Part shown: piece by piece, positions 51,834 through 62,149 of the stretch
Layout of the letters: every line of letters begins with the position of its first letter
Position numbering within the stretch: position 1 is the first letter of the stretch
NCBI GenBank assembly: GCA_965248835.1
Contig: CBDFLJ010000002.1
Location: forward strand, 2,272,001-2,336,000
Length of the DNA stretch: 64,000 bases
Direction: 5' to 3'
Source of the DNA: Alphaproteobacteria bacterium
GTDB taxonomy: Bacteria > Pseudomonadota > Alphaproteobacteria > MPNO01
The notes under the pieces: model-generated
What the model was told of the DNA's origin: nothing
The model's input: only the letters and a program-made list of their open reading frames with translations
Databases searched by the model: none
Program-made: the position numbers and the translations under genes

Positions 51834-53396
51834 TCAGTTCTCGCCGGGGAGCAGCGTCAGCGCGTAGGCCGCGGCGTCGCGCACCGCGGCGGCGGGGTCC
51901 TGCCGCGCGAGGGTTCGGAGGTCGGCGCGGGCTGCGGGCGCGCGCAGATAGCCGAGCGCCAAGGCGGCCTCCTTCCGCACCAGGGCGTGGGGATCGTCCA
52001 ACGCCGCCAGCAACGCCGCAGCGCTGCGGTGATCGTGCAGCAGCCCGAGAACCCGTGCCGCCGTCATGCGGACATCGACCGATGGATCGCCGCCGAGCAG
52101 CGGCCTGATGCGGTCCGCCGCGCCCGGCGCGTCCAGCACGCCGAGCGAACGCACGGCGACCGCCCGCAGGCGCGCATCCGCATCGCCGATGCCGCCGGGC
52201 CCGCGCAGCAGAGCCGCGCCAGCCTCGCGATGCGCCCCTTGCGCGTAGCCGAGCCCGTACAAGGCGATCCGTCGGCGTTGATAGACCGCGGCCGCGATCT
52301 CCAACCCGGCGGTCGCGTTGCGCGGAACGGCGAGGGGTCGGGCGGCGTCCAGCACAGCCTCCGCCGCGCTTTCCGGGTCGAGGGCGACGGCGGCACGCAG
52401 GGCGCGGACCTGCAGGCCGAGCGCAGCGAGGGTTCGCCGACGATCCGCGACGAGGTCCGCCGCAGGGCGACCGGCGAGCGTCGCCGCCTCGCGCCCGGCC
52501 AGCGCCGCCAGGGGCAGGGCGGCGCGCCTTATGCCGAGGGCCTGCAGGCCGTCCACCGCAACGAAGCGTACGGCCGGAACCGGATCGTCCAGCAGAGCCA
52601 GCAGCGTATCGGCGGCGTCGCCGTCCCGGCTTGCTCCCAGCGCGGCGGCAATCGCCGCCCGCAGCCGCGGGTCGCCGGCCCGCTCCAGAGCGGCGGACAG
52701 GACCGCGCTCGCCGTCGGTGAGCGCAACGCGGCGAGACCATGGAGCGCGGCGAGGCGCTCCGCGTCGTCGTTCGCGGTCTCGAACGCGCGCAGCAGCGGC
52801 GCCGCTGCTTTCTCCGATCCGGTACGGCCGAGCGCCAGAAGAATGCGATGTCGCAGCGCCGCACCGCCGCCCGCCCGCAACAACTCGGTCAGGGCCGCGA
52901 CCGCCCGGTCATGGTCGAAGGCGCCCAGCGCATCGACGCCATGATCGCGCACCAGCGCGTCCGTCGTGCGGGCGAGCGCGCCCAGGATGACGTCCAATGC
53001 CGGCGCCGAGCCGAGCCCGCCCAGGGCGCCGATGCAACGGGCGCGGATCGTCGTGGTACTCTCTTCCGTCAGGCAGTTTGCAAGGGCGGCCAGGGAATCC
53101 GCCGCACCGAGCTGACCCAGCGCCGTGTAGATCGACTGTCTGACCGTGCCGTCGGGCTCCGGCAGCGCCAGGCGCTCGAGCAGAGGCCCGACGGCTTCCG
53201 CCTGCCCCCGGAAGCCGAGCGAATGGGCGGCCTGTTCGCGGACCGCCGGGCTGTCGAACGACAGCGCCTCGATCAGCACCTCGAAGGGCACGGCGCCGTG
53301 CTCCCAGCCGTTGGCCGGCGCCGGGCGCGGCGTCGCAAGCAGCAGGACAAGGGCGAGAACGAGCACGCCCGCCGCGCGATGGCGTTTTCCGATCAT
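51834..53396 (-). CDS. Exported HEAT/PBS-lyase repeat protein
   Basis: Signal peptide, then many repeats of the D....VR..AA.ALG type. Confidence 0.85.
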   Translation of the reverse strand: MIGKRHRAAGVLVLALVLLLATPRPAPANGWEHGAVPFEVLIEALSFDSPAVREQAAHSLGFRGQAEAVGPLLERLALPEPDGTVRQSIYTALGQLGAADSLAALANCLTEESTTTIRARCIGALGGLGSAPALDVILGALARTTDALVRDHGVDALGAFDHDRAVAALTELLRAGGGAALRHRILLALGRTGSEKAAAPLLRAFETANDDAERLAALHGLAALRSPTASAVLSAALERAGDPRLRAAIAAALGASRDGDAADTLLALLDDPVPAVRFVAVDGLQALGIRRAALPLAALAGREAATLAGRPAADLVADRRRTLAALGLQVRALRAAVALDPESAAEAVLDAARPLAVPRNATAGLEIAAAVYQRRRIALYGLGYAQGAHREAGAALLRGPGGIGDADARLRAVAVRSLGVLDAPGAADRIRPLLGGDPSVDVRMTAARVLGLLHDHRSAAALLAALDDPHALVRKEAALALGYLRAPAARADLRTLARQDPAAAVRDAAAYALTLLPGEN

Positions 53397-53491
53397 CCGC
53401 CCAGCATCCCTGAATCGGCGCAATCATGCCAGCATCGGGACCGGCGGGAGGTGTCGGCCCTCCGGCACGCAGGCCAGAGACGCCGCTGCGG
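53350..53491 (+). repeat. 142-bp direct repeat, copy 1 (copy 2 at 62008-62149)
   Basis: Covers the first codons and upstream region of the HEAT gene. Confidence 0.9.
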
Positions 53492-53593
53492 CCCTGCGTG
53501 CCGGGAGAGGACCGCAGCGGACGACGTGCGCTTGTTTGCACTGCAAGCAAACAATAGTTTGGGCGCTGCCCGAACCGTGTAGAGCTACGGCCA

Positions 53594-53839
53594 ATGGCGA
53601 GCATCACGATCCGCAATCTCGATGACGACGTGAGGACGCGCCTGCGCATACGCGCCGCCGAGCACAGCCGCTCGATGGAAGAGGAGGTGCGTATCATCCT
53701 GCGCGCGGCCGTGAGCGACGGCAAGGCCGGCCCCCGGGACCTGGCGAAGTTCACCCGCGAGTGCTTCGCGCCGCTGGGTGGTGTCGAACTCGCGCTCCCG
53801 CCGCGCGGCCCGATGCGCGAACCTCCGGACTTCGCCTGA
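53594..53839 (+). CDS. FitA-like RHH antitoxin
   Basis: MASITIRNLDDDVRTRLRIRAAEHSRSMEEEVRIIL. Confidence 0.9.
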   Translation: MASITIRNLDDDVRTRLRIRAAEHSRSMEEEVRIILRAAVSDGKAGPRDLAKFTRECFAPLGGVELALPPRGPMREPPDFA

Positions 53840-53849
53840 GCCGCATCGG

Positions 53850-54272
53850 ATGTTCGTGCCGGACACGAATGTGGCCTGCGAGCTCATGCGCCCGGCACCG
53901 GCGCCGACCGTCGCGGCGTGGATTGCGGAGCGCAATGCGGAGGATCTGTTTCTGACGGCGGTCAGCGAAGCGGAACTGCTCTCCGGTGTGGCGATCGTCC
54001 CGGCCGGCAGACGGCGGGACATGCTGGAGGCCTCCATGACCCGGTGGCTCGACCTGGGCTTCGGCGACCGGATTCTGCCGTTCGACAGCGCCGCTGCCCG
54101 CGCCTATGCGGAAATCGCGTCGGGCCGCCGCCGCGCCGGCCGGCCGATCGGCGAGGCCGATTGCCGGATTGCCGCCATATCCTGCGCGCGCGGCGCCGTC
54201 CTGGTGACGCGGAACGCGCGGGATTTCGAGAGTGCCGGTGTCGATGTCGTCGATCCTTGGACGGCCGCATGA
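53850..54272 (+). CDS. vapC: FitB/VapC PIN-domain toxin
   Basis: DTNV, SEAEL, ILPFD, AD..IAA, LVTRNARDF, VVDPW. Confidence 0.9.
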   Translation: MFVPDTNVACELMRPAPAPTVAAWIAERNAEDLFLTAVSEAELLSGVAIVPAGRRRDMLEASMTRWLDLGFGDRILPFDSAAARAYAEIASGRRRAGRPIGEADCRIAAISCARGAVLVTRNARDFESAGVDVVDPWTAA

Positions 54273-54477
54273 CCGCAACCACCGAAGCATTCGCGCGGCC
54301 GCAGAGCAGCCAGTTCGATTGCATGACCGCCGGCATGATGCGCGCCGAGGGGAGGCCGTCGCCACGACGAATGCCAACGATTTCGTGGGATGAGCGAGGT
54401 CATTGACCCGTGGATGAGAACAGCCAACCTGCCACGCAACAATGGCTGGACAGAGACCAGGAAACGGAAGACTGGCC

Positions 54478-56655
54478 GTGAACATACAGGCACACGACGA
54501 GCTTAAAGCCAAAATCTGGGAAATCGCGAACCGGCTCAGGGGGCCGTACCGGCCTCCTCAATATCGCTTGGTCATGCTTCCCATGGTCGTCTTGCGTCGG
54601 CTCGATTGTGTCCTGGAGCCGACCAAGGATGCCGTTCTGAGGCGGCGCGATCAGCTGGAGGCGCAGGAGATGCCCGAAGCGGCGATGGATAGCCTGCTCG
54701 GCAAGGCCTCTGACCCCCGGCGGAAGCATCCGCTCTACAACACGAGCCCCTACACCTTTGCCCGGTTGCTCGGCGATGCCGAGAACATCGCGCCGAACCT
54801 CGTGTCGTACATCAACGGCTTTTCCCCGACCGCGCGGCGCATCTTCGAGCGCTTTAAGTTTAGCGATCAGATCGAGAAGCTCGACGCCAGCAATCGTCTC
54901 TTCACCATCGTCAAGGCCATGACCGATGTCGATCTTCACCCCGACAGGATCGACAACCTCCAGATGGGCTACCTGTTCGAGCATCTGGTGATGCGCTTCA
55001 ACGAACAGGCCAACGAAGAAGCCGGGGATCACTTCACGCCGCGCGAGGTCATCCGCCTCATGGCGAACCTCATCTATACTGGCGAACAGGATGTCTATAA
55101 GCCCGGCATCTACCGCACGATCTACGATCCGGCGTGCGGAACCGGCGGCATGCTTTCCGAGTCGGAGAAGCTGATCCTCTCCCAGAACGCGCGGGCAAAT
55201 CTCGCCCTATTCGGCCAGGAATACAACGACGAGGCCTGGGCAATCTGCTGCTCCGACATGCTCATCAAGGACGAGGACACGGCCAACATCGTCCTCGGCG
55301 ACACCCTGGGAGACGGCAAGACCAGGGACGGCTTCGAGGGAGTACGCTTCCACTACCTGATGGCGAACCCACCCTTCGGCGTCGAATGGAAGGACCAGAA
55401 GGACACGGTCGAACGCGAGCACAAGACCATGGGCCTATCGGCCCGGTTCGGCGCTGGGCTCCCGGCCATCAACGACGGCTCGTTCCTCTTCCTTCAGCAC
55501 ATGATTTCCAAGATGCATCCCTATGAGGAAGGGGACGAGGACCAGCCCGGTTCCAAGATCGCCATCGTCTTCAACGGCTCGCCGCTCTTTTCCGGAGACG
55601 CCGGATCGGGGCCGTCCAATATCCGCCGCTGGATCGTCGAGAACGACTGGCTCGACGCCATCGTGGCGCTGCCCGACCAGCTTTTCTACAACACCGGCAT
55701 CTTCACCTACGTCTGGCTCGTGACCAACCGCAAGCCACCGGAGCGGCGCGGCAAGGTGCAGCTTATCGACGGCACCCGCTTCTTCCAGAAGATGAAGAAG
55801 AGCCTCAACAACAAGCGCAACGAGATCGCCGAGGACCAAATACGCCATCTTACCCGCGTCTATGGCAACAACCGGGACGGCGAGACGGCCGAGGTGGAGA
55901 TCGACGGCGAGACCGAGACACGCGTCATCTCCCGCATATTCGAGAACCGCGAGTTCGGCTTTCTCAAGGTGACGGTCGAACGACCCTTGCGGATGAACTT
56001 CGAAGCGACGCCCGAGCGCATCGCGAAGCTCGACGAGCAGACCACCTTCGCGAATCTGGCGACATCGAAGAAGCGGAAGGATGCGGCGGCGGTCGAACGC
56101 GAGATCGCGGAGGGGCGGAAGCGGCAGGACGCCATCCGCGCCGCGCTCGCGACGCTCGAAGGCAAGGGACGCTACATGGACCGGGAGGCGTTCGAGGCCG
56201 ATGTGGTGGAGGCCGCGAAGCGCACCGGCATCAAGATTCTCGACCCGATCAGGAAGGCGATCTTCGCGGCCCTCGGTGAACGCGATGCGGACGCCGAGAT
56301 TTGCCGGGACAGCAAGGGGCGGCCGGAGCCGGACAGCGAGCTTCGGGACACCGAGAACATTCCCTTGCCGCCCGGCACGGCGCCGCCCCTGCCCCTGGAC
56401 TTCGGACCGGACAAGCCCAACGACCGGCTGGTCGAAGCCTTCCGCGACGGCATCGACGCGTACATCGCGCGCGAGGTGCTGCCCCATGTGCCCGATGCCT
56501 GGGTGGAGTACGACAAGACCAAGGTCGGCTACGAAATCCCGATCAACCGGCATTTCTACGTCTACAAGCCGCCGCGCCCGCTCGATCAAATCGAGGCGGA
56601 CATCGCCAAGCTCGAAGGGGAGATCGCCGGGCTGCTAAAGGGGCTGGTGGCATGA
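54478..56655 (+). CDS. hsdM: Type I restriction-modification methyltransferase subunit
   Basis: HFTPREVI, IYDPACGTGGML, ANPPFG (m6A type), LFYNTGI. Confidence 0.95.
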   Translation: MNIQAHDELKAKIWEIANRLRGPYRPPQYRLVMLPMVVLRRLDCVLEPTKDAVLRRRDQLEAQEMPEAAMDSLLGKASDPRRKHPLYNTSPYTFARLLGDAENIAPNLVSYINGFSPTARRIFERFKFSDQIEKLDASNRLFTIVKAMTDVDLHPDRIDNLQMGYLFEHLVMRFNEQANEEAGDHFTPREVIRLMANLIYTGEQDVYKPGIYRTIYDPACGTGGMLSESEKLILSQNARANLALFGQEYNDEAWAICCSDMLIKDEDTANIVLGDTLGDGKTRDGFEGVRFHYLMANPPFGVEWKDQKDTVEREHKTMGLSARFGAGLPAINDGSFLFLQHMISKMHPYEEGDEDQPGSKIAIVFNGSPLFSGDAGSGPSNIRRWIVENDWLDAIVALPDQLFYNTGIFTYVWLVTNRKPPERRGKVQLIDGTRFFQKMKKSLNNKRNEIAEDQIRHLTRVYGNNRDGETAEVEIDGETETRVISRIFENREFGFLKVTVERPLRMNFEATPERIAKLDEQTTFANLATSKKRKDAAAVEREIAEGRKRQDAIRAALATLEGKGRYMDREAFEADVVEAAKRTGIKILDPIRKAIFAALGERDADAEICRDSKGRPEPDSELRDTENIPLPPGTAPPLPLDFGPDKPNDRLVEAFRDGIDAYIAREVLPHVPDAWVEYDKTKVGYEIPINRHFYVYKPPRPLDQIEADIAKLEGEIAGLLKGLVA

Positions 56656-57971
56656 TCGAAGTCCCAGAAAAGGTCCGCGAAGCCTATCGAGAGCCTCCGC
56701 CGGGCTGGAAGCTGGAGAAGCTGAAGTTCTTCGCCGACGTCCGAAACAGCAACGTCGATAAGACCATCTCCGAGGATGAGGAATCGGTTCGGCTCTGCAA
56801 CTACACTGACGTCTATTACAACGACCGCATCACGCCGGATCTGCATTTCATGGAGGGATCGGCGACCGAAGCGGAAATCGAGCGTTTCCAGCTCAGACGC
56901 GGTCAAGTCATTATCACAAAGGACAGCGAAGGGTGGGATGATATCGGCATCCCCGCCTTGGTCACCGAGGACATGCCGGAGGTTCTGTGCGGCTACCACC
57001 TTGCGGTGTTCGAGCCCGGCCCAGAGCTGGACGGAGGCTTCATCGCATGGCTCTGCCGGGCCGAACCGCTCAACGACCAATTCAAGCTCGCAGCGAACGG
57101 CGTCACTCGCTTCGGGCTCGGCCAATACCCGATGAAGAACGCCTTCATCGCGCTTCCCCCGCTCGACACGCAGCGGCGGATTGCGCGGTTTCTGGATGAG
57201 AAGACGGCGCGGATCGACGGACTGATCGAGAAGAAGCGTGCGCTCTTAGACCGGCTGGCCGAGAAGCGCCAGGCCCTCATCACCCGCGCCGTCACCAACG
57301 GCCTCAACGCGCAAACCCCGATGAAACCCTCCGGCATCGATTGGCTCGGCGACATCCCCGCGCATTGGGAGGTGCTTCGTCTGAAGTTCATCGCTTCGGA
57401 ACCGCTTTCCTATGGAGCCAACGCCGCGGCGGAATTTGATGAACCAGAATGGCCACGTTTTGTCCGGATTACCGATGTCGATGAATTTGGTAGACTGCGC
57501 GATGAGACCTTCCGCTCGTTGCCGCCGGAGTTTGCTCAAGGGTTCCTGCTACAGCCTAATGACATTCTTTTGGCGCGAAGCGGTGCGACGGTTGGTAAGA
57601 GTTTTATCTATAATGTTTCTTGGGGCGTGGCTTGTTACGCTGGCTACTTGATTCGAGCACGAATGAAGAAAAAGTACGATGCTCGATACTTCTACTGGTT
57701 CCTAAATTCCACTTTTTACTGGGAGTGGGTGAGATCGACATTCATTCAAAGTACAATCCAGAATATCAGTGCTGACAGGTATGCGAACCTTTGGATACCG
57801 CACCCTTCGGACAATTGTGAGCAGAAAGATATCGTCGATTTCATCGAAGTTTCGTGTGCTGAGATTGATAGCCAATGGGAGCTAATTGCGCGTTCGCTCG
57901 AACGTCTGGATGAGTACCGTTGGGCATTGATCACGGCAGCCGTCACAGGGCAACTCGCGGAGCTGCGATGA
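56652..57971 (+). CDS. hsdS: Type I restriction-modification specificity subunit
   Basis: Two TRDs separated by LPPLDTQRRIARFLDEKTARID and PSGIDWLGDIPAHWEV; ends ALITAAVTG. Confidence 0.93.
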   Translation: MIEVPEKVREAYREPPPGWKLEKLKFFADVRNSNVDKTISEDEESVRLCNYTDVYYNDRITPDLHFMEGSATEAEIERFQLRRGQVIITKDSEGWDDIGIPALVTEDMPEVLCGYHLAVFEPGPELDGGFIAWLCRAEPLNDQFKLAANGVTRFGLGQYPMKNAFIALPPLDTQRRIARFLDEKTARIDGLIEKKRALLDRLAEKRQALITRAVTNGLNAQTPMKPSGIDWLGDIPAHWEVLRLKFIASEPLSYGANAAAEFDEPEWPRFVRITDVDEFGRLRDETFRSLPPEFAQGFLLQPNDILLARSGATVGKSFIYNVSWGVACYAGYLIRARMKKKYDARYFYWFLNSTFYWEWVRSTFIQSTIQNISADRYANLWIPHPSDNCEQKDIVDFIEVSCAEIDSQWELIARSLERLDEYRWALITAAVTGQLAELR

Positions 57972-58579
57972 CCCTCGATGCATCGACATATTTTGGGCAT
58001 CTCAGGGCCTATGTGAACGACCGCTACGTGATGCACGACGGCACCGGCGGTGAAGTTGTTCTCCGGGAGAAGTACTTCCCAGAGACAGGCACGCGGGCCA
58101 GGACCCGCAAGATACGCCTGCTTTTGCCGGGGCTAGGGCTCGCCTTCAAGCTCGATTATGATCAGGTCGAATTGCAGAGGAAGAAGAGCAAGCCACCGCT
58201 TTTCCATTTCCTCGACGATACCGCGAAGCCGTGGTCGAAGCGCTGCGATTTCGTGATCTTCTACGTCAACGGTCGCGCCTTCCACGCCGATTGCATCGAG
58301 TTCAAGTCGAAGAGCCTGAGTGCTGACAAAATCGTGCCCCAGCTCAATGCCGGGACATGTTGGGTGAACACGCTGAAGCGGACCATCGAGCACTACACCG
58401 GTGACAAGCGCAAGATCCGCGTGCGCAAGTTCGTTTTCGCCGAGAACGAGAATCCCGGTCCGTATATTGACGGGAACCGGCAACTGACTGCCGATCCATC
58501 CATTCGCTACTATCACTTTGGCGAGGTGGATGGGCAGCCCCTGGGGGACCTTCAGAACACCTCGGTGCGGGAAATTTGA
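57968..58579 (+). CDS. Hypothetical protein, putative PD-(D/E)XK nuclease fold
   Basis: KRCDFVIF...CIEFKSK...PQL; translationally coupled to hsdS. Confidence 0.6.
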   Translation: MTLDASTYFGHLRAYVNDRYVMHDGTGGEVVLREKYFPETGTRARTRKIRLLLPGLGLAFKLDYDQVELQRKKSKPPLFHFLDDTAKPWSKRCDFVIFYVNGRAFHADCIEFKSKSLSADKIVPQLNAGTCWVNTLKRTIEHYTGDKRKIRVRKFVFAENENPGPYIDGNRQLTADPSIRYYHFGEVDGQPLGDLQNTSVREI

Positions 58580-58582
58580 ACC

Positions 58583-61500
58583 ATGTCCGGCCATACCGAA
58601 CGCGCTTTCGAGACAGCGATTGAAGCCGGGCTGACAAGCTTCGGTGGATATGAGACGCGGAGCCCAAGCGCCTATGAAGAAGCGCTTGCCCTCTTCCCCG
58701 ACGATGTTTCCGGCTTCCTGAGGGACAGCCAACTGGCCAAGTGGGAGGCGCTTGAGACACTTCTCGGGCCGAAGACCGCCGCAACCGTGCTGGACAGTCT
58801 GTCGAAGGAGCTGGACGTCAAGGGCACGCTCCACGTCCTGCGCCACGGGTTCAAATGCTACGGCAAGACCTTTCGCATGGCCTGGTTCAGGCCGAACACC
58901 AGAATGAACCCCGAGGCGGCGGAGAACTATGCCAAAAACCGGCTGACCACCACGCGCCAGGTCGCGTTTGCCTCGGTCCTGAAGAAGGCGGACGGCAAGA
59001 ACCGCCGCTGCATCATCGACGTGACCCTTGCGGTCAACGGCATTCCCGTCGTTACCGCCGAGCTCAAGAACCCGTTGACCGGGCAGCGGGCCGCCCATGC
59101 GATGCGCCAGTACGAGGACGAGCGCGACGGGCGCGATCTTCTCTTCGCTTTCAAGAAGCGCGCGCTGGTCCATTTCGCTGTGGACACCGACGAGGTGTGG
59201 ATGACGACCCGGCTGAGGGGCAGGGAGACCGACTTCCTACCCTTCAACCGCGGCAACAACTACGGAGCGGGCAACCCGCCGGTCGGGGGGAACTGGAAGA
59301 CCCATTACCTCTGGGACGAGGTGCTGCAAGCCGACAGCCTCCTGGAAATCCTGCAGCGCTTCATGCACCTCGAAGCGACGGAAAAGCAGGTCAAGACCGA
59401 CAAGGGCGCGCGCACCGTGCGGACGGAGACGATGATCTTTCCGCGCTACCACCAGCTCGACGCGGTCCGGAAGCTGGTCGTTCATGCGAAGGCCCATGGC
59501 GCCGGCCGGAACTATCTGATCCAGCACTCGGCCGGCTCCGGCAAATCGAACTCGATCGCATGGCTCGCGCACCGACTGGCCAGCCTGCATGACGAGCAGA
59601 ACGAGAAGGTGTTTCACTCCGTCATCGTGGTGACCGACCGGCGCGTGCTCGATCAGCAGTTGCAGGCGACGATCTACCAGTTCGAGCACAAGACCGGCGT
59701 GGTCGAGAAGATCGACGAGGACACTCGGCAGCTTGCGCGCGCGCTGTCCCAGGGTACACCCATCGTCATCACGACGATCCAGAAATTCCCGTTTATCTCG
59801 CAGGCGCTCTCGACCCTTGAGGAGAAGGGCTCCGGCGTGAAGATCGACACGGCGGGAAAGCGCTTCGCCGTCATCGTCGATGAGGCGCATTCGTCCCAGA
59901 GCGGAGAGACCACGACCGCTCTGAAGGGCATGCTGAACAAGGAAGGGATCGAAGCGGCCATTGCCGCCCAGCTCTCCGACGAGGAGGACCACGATCTCTC
60001 CGACGACGCGAAGGCGGCGGTGCTGCGCGATGCGCTGCAACGCGCCCGCCAGCCGAACCTCAGCTTCTTTGCCTTCACGGCCACGCCGAAATTCAAGACC
60101 AAGGCCTTGTTCGACGAGCCCGGCTCGTCCGGCGCGTCACCGTTCCATGAGTACACCATGCGCCAAGCCATCGAGGAAGGCTTCATCATGGATGTGCTCC
60201 AGAACTACACCACGTACAAACGCTTCTTCGGCCTGATCAAACAGGTCGAGGATGATCCCGACGTGCCGCGCAGGGAGGCCGCGAAGGCGCTTACGCGCTA
60301 CATGGAGCTTCATCCCGTCAATATCGAGCAGGTCGTATCCGTAATCGTCGAGCACTTCCGGCTCAACGTGATGCACGAGCTCGGCGGGCGCGCGAAGGCC
60401 ATGGTCGTCACGGGTTCCCGCCTTGCCGCCGTGAAGTACAAGCTCGCTTTCGATCGCTACATCAAAGAGCAAGGCTACACCGGCATCCGTTCGCTGGTGG
60501 CCTTCTCGGGCACGGTCGAGGATCCCGACCTCCCCGGATCGTCCTACACCGAAGTGGGGATGAACGACGGTCTTGCCGAGAGCGAGCTCCCGGAGACCTT
60601 CGAGCGCGACGATTACCGGGTTCTTCTGGTCGCGGAGAAGTACCAGACCGGTTTCGATCAACCCTTGTTGCAGACGATGTACGTGGTGAAGAGGCTGGCC
60701 GGCGTTCAGGCGGTTCAGACCCTCTCAAGGCTCAACCGCATCGCGCCCGGCAAGTCGCGCACCTTCGTCCTCGACTTCGCCAACGAGGAAGACGACATCT
60801 ATCAGGCTTTCAAACCCTACTATGAGACCACGCCCGTCGGAGAGAACGCCGATCCGCATCGCCTGTCGGAGCTGCAACACCGCCTGCTTGAATGGGCGAT
60901 CTTTACGCCGGCCGATGTGGCCGCCTTTGCCGAAGTCTGGTATCGCGGCAAGCGCGACCACTCGGCGACGGATCATCGCGTGATGAATGCCGTCCTCGAT
61001 GCTGTCGTTCAGCGGTTTCAGGATTGCGAGGAGGATGAGCGAGAGGAGTTTCGCGGCCAGTTGACGGCCTATCGAAATCTCTACGCCTTCCTGTCACAGA
61101 TCATCCCCTATCAGGACATCGATCTTGAACGCCTCTACGCCTTCGTCCGGAATCTTCTGGCGAAACTCCCACCGCCGGGCGATGGCCGAGCCTTTGTTCT
61201 GGACGATGAGGTGGCGCTGCGGTTCTACCGGCTTCAGCAAGTGCACGAGGGCTCGATCGGCCTCTCGGAAGGCGAGCCCGAGCCTTTGAAGGGGCCGACC
61301 GATGTCGGCACGGCCCGCGCCAAGGACGAGGAGGTGACGCTTTCGAGCCTGATCGACCGCCTGAACGAGCGTTTCGGCACCGACTTCAACGAGGCGGATC
61401 AGCTGTTTTTCGACCAGATACGCGCTTCGGCGGCAAAAGACGAGAACATCGCGGAGGCAGCCCGCGCCAACAGCTTCGCGGACTTCGCCGCTTATCTGGA

Positions 61501-61654
61501 TCTCGTTCTGGACGAACTGTTCATCGCGCGAATGGAGGGCAACGAGGGGATCTTCTCCAGGGTGATGACGGACACCGAGTTTCGTTCGGCTGCGCAGGAA
61601 CATCTTGCCCAAGAGATATTCCGTCGCGTTCGCGAGGAGCAAGCTGCTGAGTGA
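58583..61654 (+). CDS. hsdR: Type I restriction endonuclease subunit R
   Basis: IDVTL..NGIP...ELKN nuclease motif, HSAGSGKS, DEAHSSQ, FTATP, TGFDQP, QTLSRLNR. Confidence 0.95.
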   Translation: MSGHTERAFETAIEAGLTSFGGYETRSPSAYEEALALFPDDVSGFLRDSQLAKWEALETLLGPKTAATVLDSLSKELDVKGTLHVLRHGFKCYGKTFRMAWFRPNTRMNPEAAENYAKNRLTTTRQVAFASVLKKADGKNRRCIIDVTLAVNGIPVVTAELKNPLTGQRAAHAMRQYEDERDGRDLLFAFKKRALVHFAVDTDEVWMTTRLRGRETDFLPFNRGNNYGAGNPPVGGNWKTHYLWDEVLQADSLLEILQRFMHLEATEKQVKTDKGARTVRTETMIFPRYHQLDAVRKLVVHAKAHGAGRNYLIQHSAGSGKSNSIAWLAHRLASLHDEQNEKVFHSVIVVTDRRVLDQQLQATIYQFEHKTGVVEKIDEDTRQLARALSQGTPIVITTIQKFPFISQALSTLEEKGSGVKIDTAGKRFAVIVDEAHSSQSGETTTALKGMLNKEGIEAAIAAQLSDEEDHDLSDDAKAAVLRDALQRARQPNLSFFAFTATPKFKTKALFDEPGSSGASPFHEYTMRQAIEEGFIMDVLQNYTTYKRFFGLIKQVEDDPDVPRREAAKALTRYMELHPVNIEQVVSVIVEHFRLNVMHELGGRAKAMVVTGSRLAAVKYKLAFDRYIKEQGYTGIRSLVAFSGTVEDPDLPGSSYTEVGMNDGLAESELPETFERDDYRVLLVAEKYQTGFDQPLLQTMYVVKRLAGVQAVQTLSRLNRIAPGKSRTFVLDFANEEDDIYQAFKPYYETTPVGENADPHRLSELQHRLLEWAIFTPADVAAFAEVWYRGKRDHSATDHRVMNAVLDAVVQRFQDCEEDEREEFRGQLTAYRNLYAFLSQIIPYQDIDLERLYAFVRNLLAKLPPPGDGRAFVLDDEVALRFYRLQQVHEGSIGLSEGEPEPLKGPTDVGTARAKDEEVTLSSLIDRLNERFGTDFNEADQLFFDQIRASAAKDENIAEAARANSFADFAAYLDLVLDELFIARMEGNEGIFSRVMTDTEFRSAAQEHLAQEIFRRVREEQAAE

Positions 61655-61666
61655 TCGAGGCTTTAG

Positions 61667-62007
61667 CCTGACTTATTCATTGGGGGCGGCGTTTATCGGT
61701 TGATTTCATCTGGACGCAGGTTTGCGTTCGGCGCCTTGGGGCGTCGGTATTTGAGGTTGGTGGTGTCGGGGTTTGGGGTTGAAGGCACTCGGGTTCGCGG
61801 GCAGGGCGCCCCGGCGGTCAGGGTCCCGAGGCCGCGAGGCGGCCCGCCAGCATGCGGAACAGGGCGGCGTCCGGACAGGCCGAAGCGAAGTGGATGCGGA
61901 TGCGGGCGGCCCGTTCGACGACGCGGGCGCCGATCTTGAGCAGGCTCTTCCTGAGGGTTGCGAACTCGGCCCGGGCGAGCGGCATCCTGCGAGGCACGGC
62001 ATCGCGC
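61667..62007 (-). mobile_element. IS1380-family 3' remnant
   Basis: AEFATLRKSLLKIGARVVE...IRIHFASACP; terminal ...atgaataagtcagg. Confidence 0.75.
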
Positions 62008-62149
62008 AGGGCGAGCACGAGCACGCCCGCTGCGCGATACCGTTTTCCGATCATCCGCCCAGCATCCCTGAATCGGCGCAGTCATGCCAGCATCGGGACC
62101 GGCGGGAGGTGTCTGCCCTCCGGCACGCAGGGCAGAGACGCCGCTGCGG
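62008..62149 (+). repeat. 142-bp direct repeat, copy 2
   Basis: Matches 53350-53491. Confidence 0.9.
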
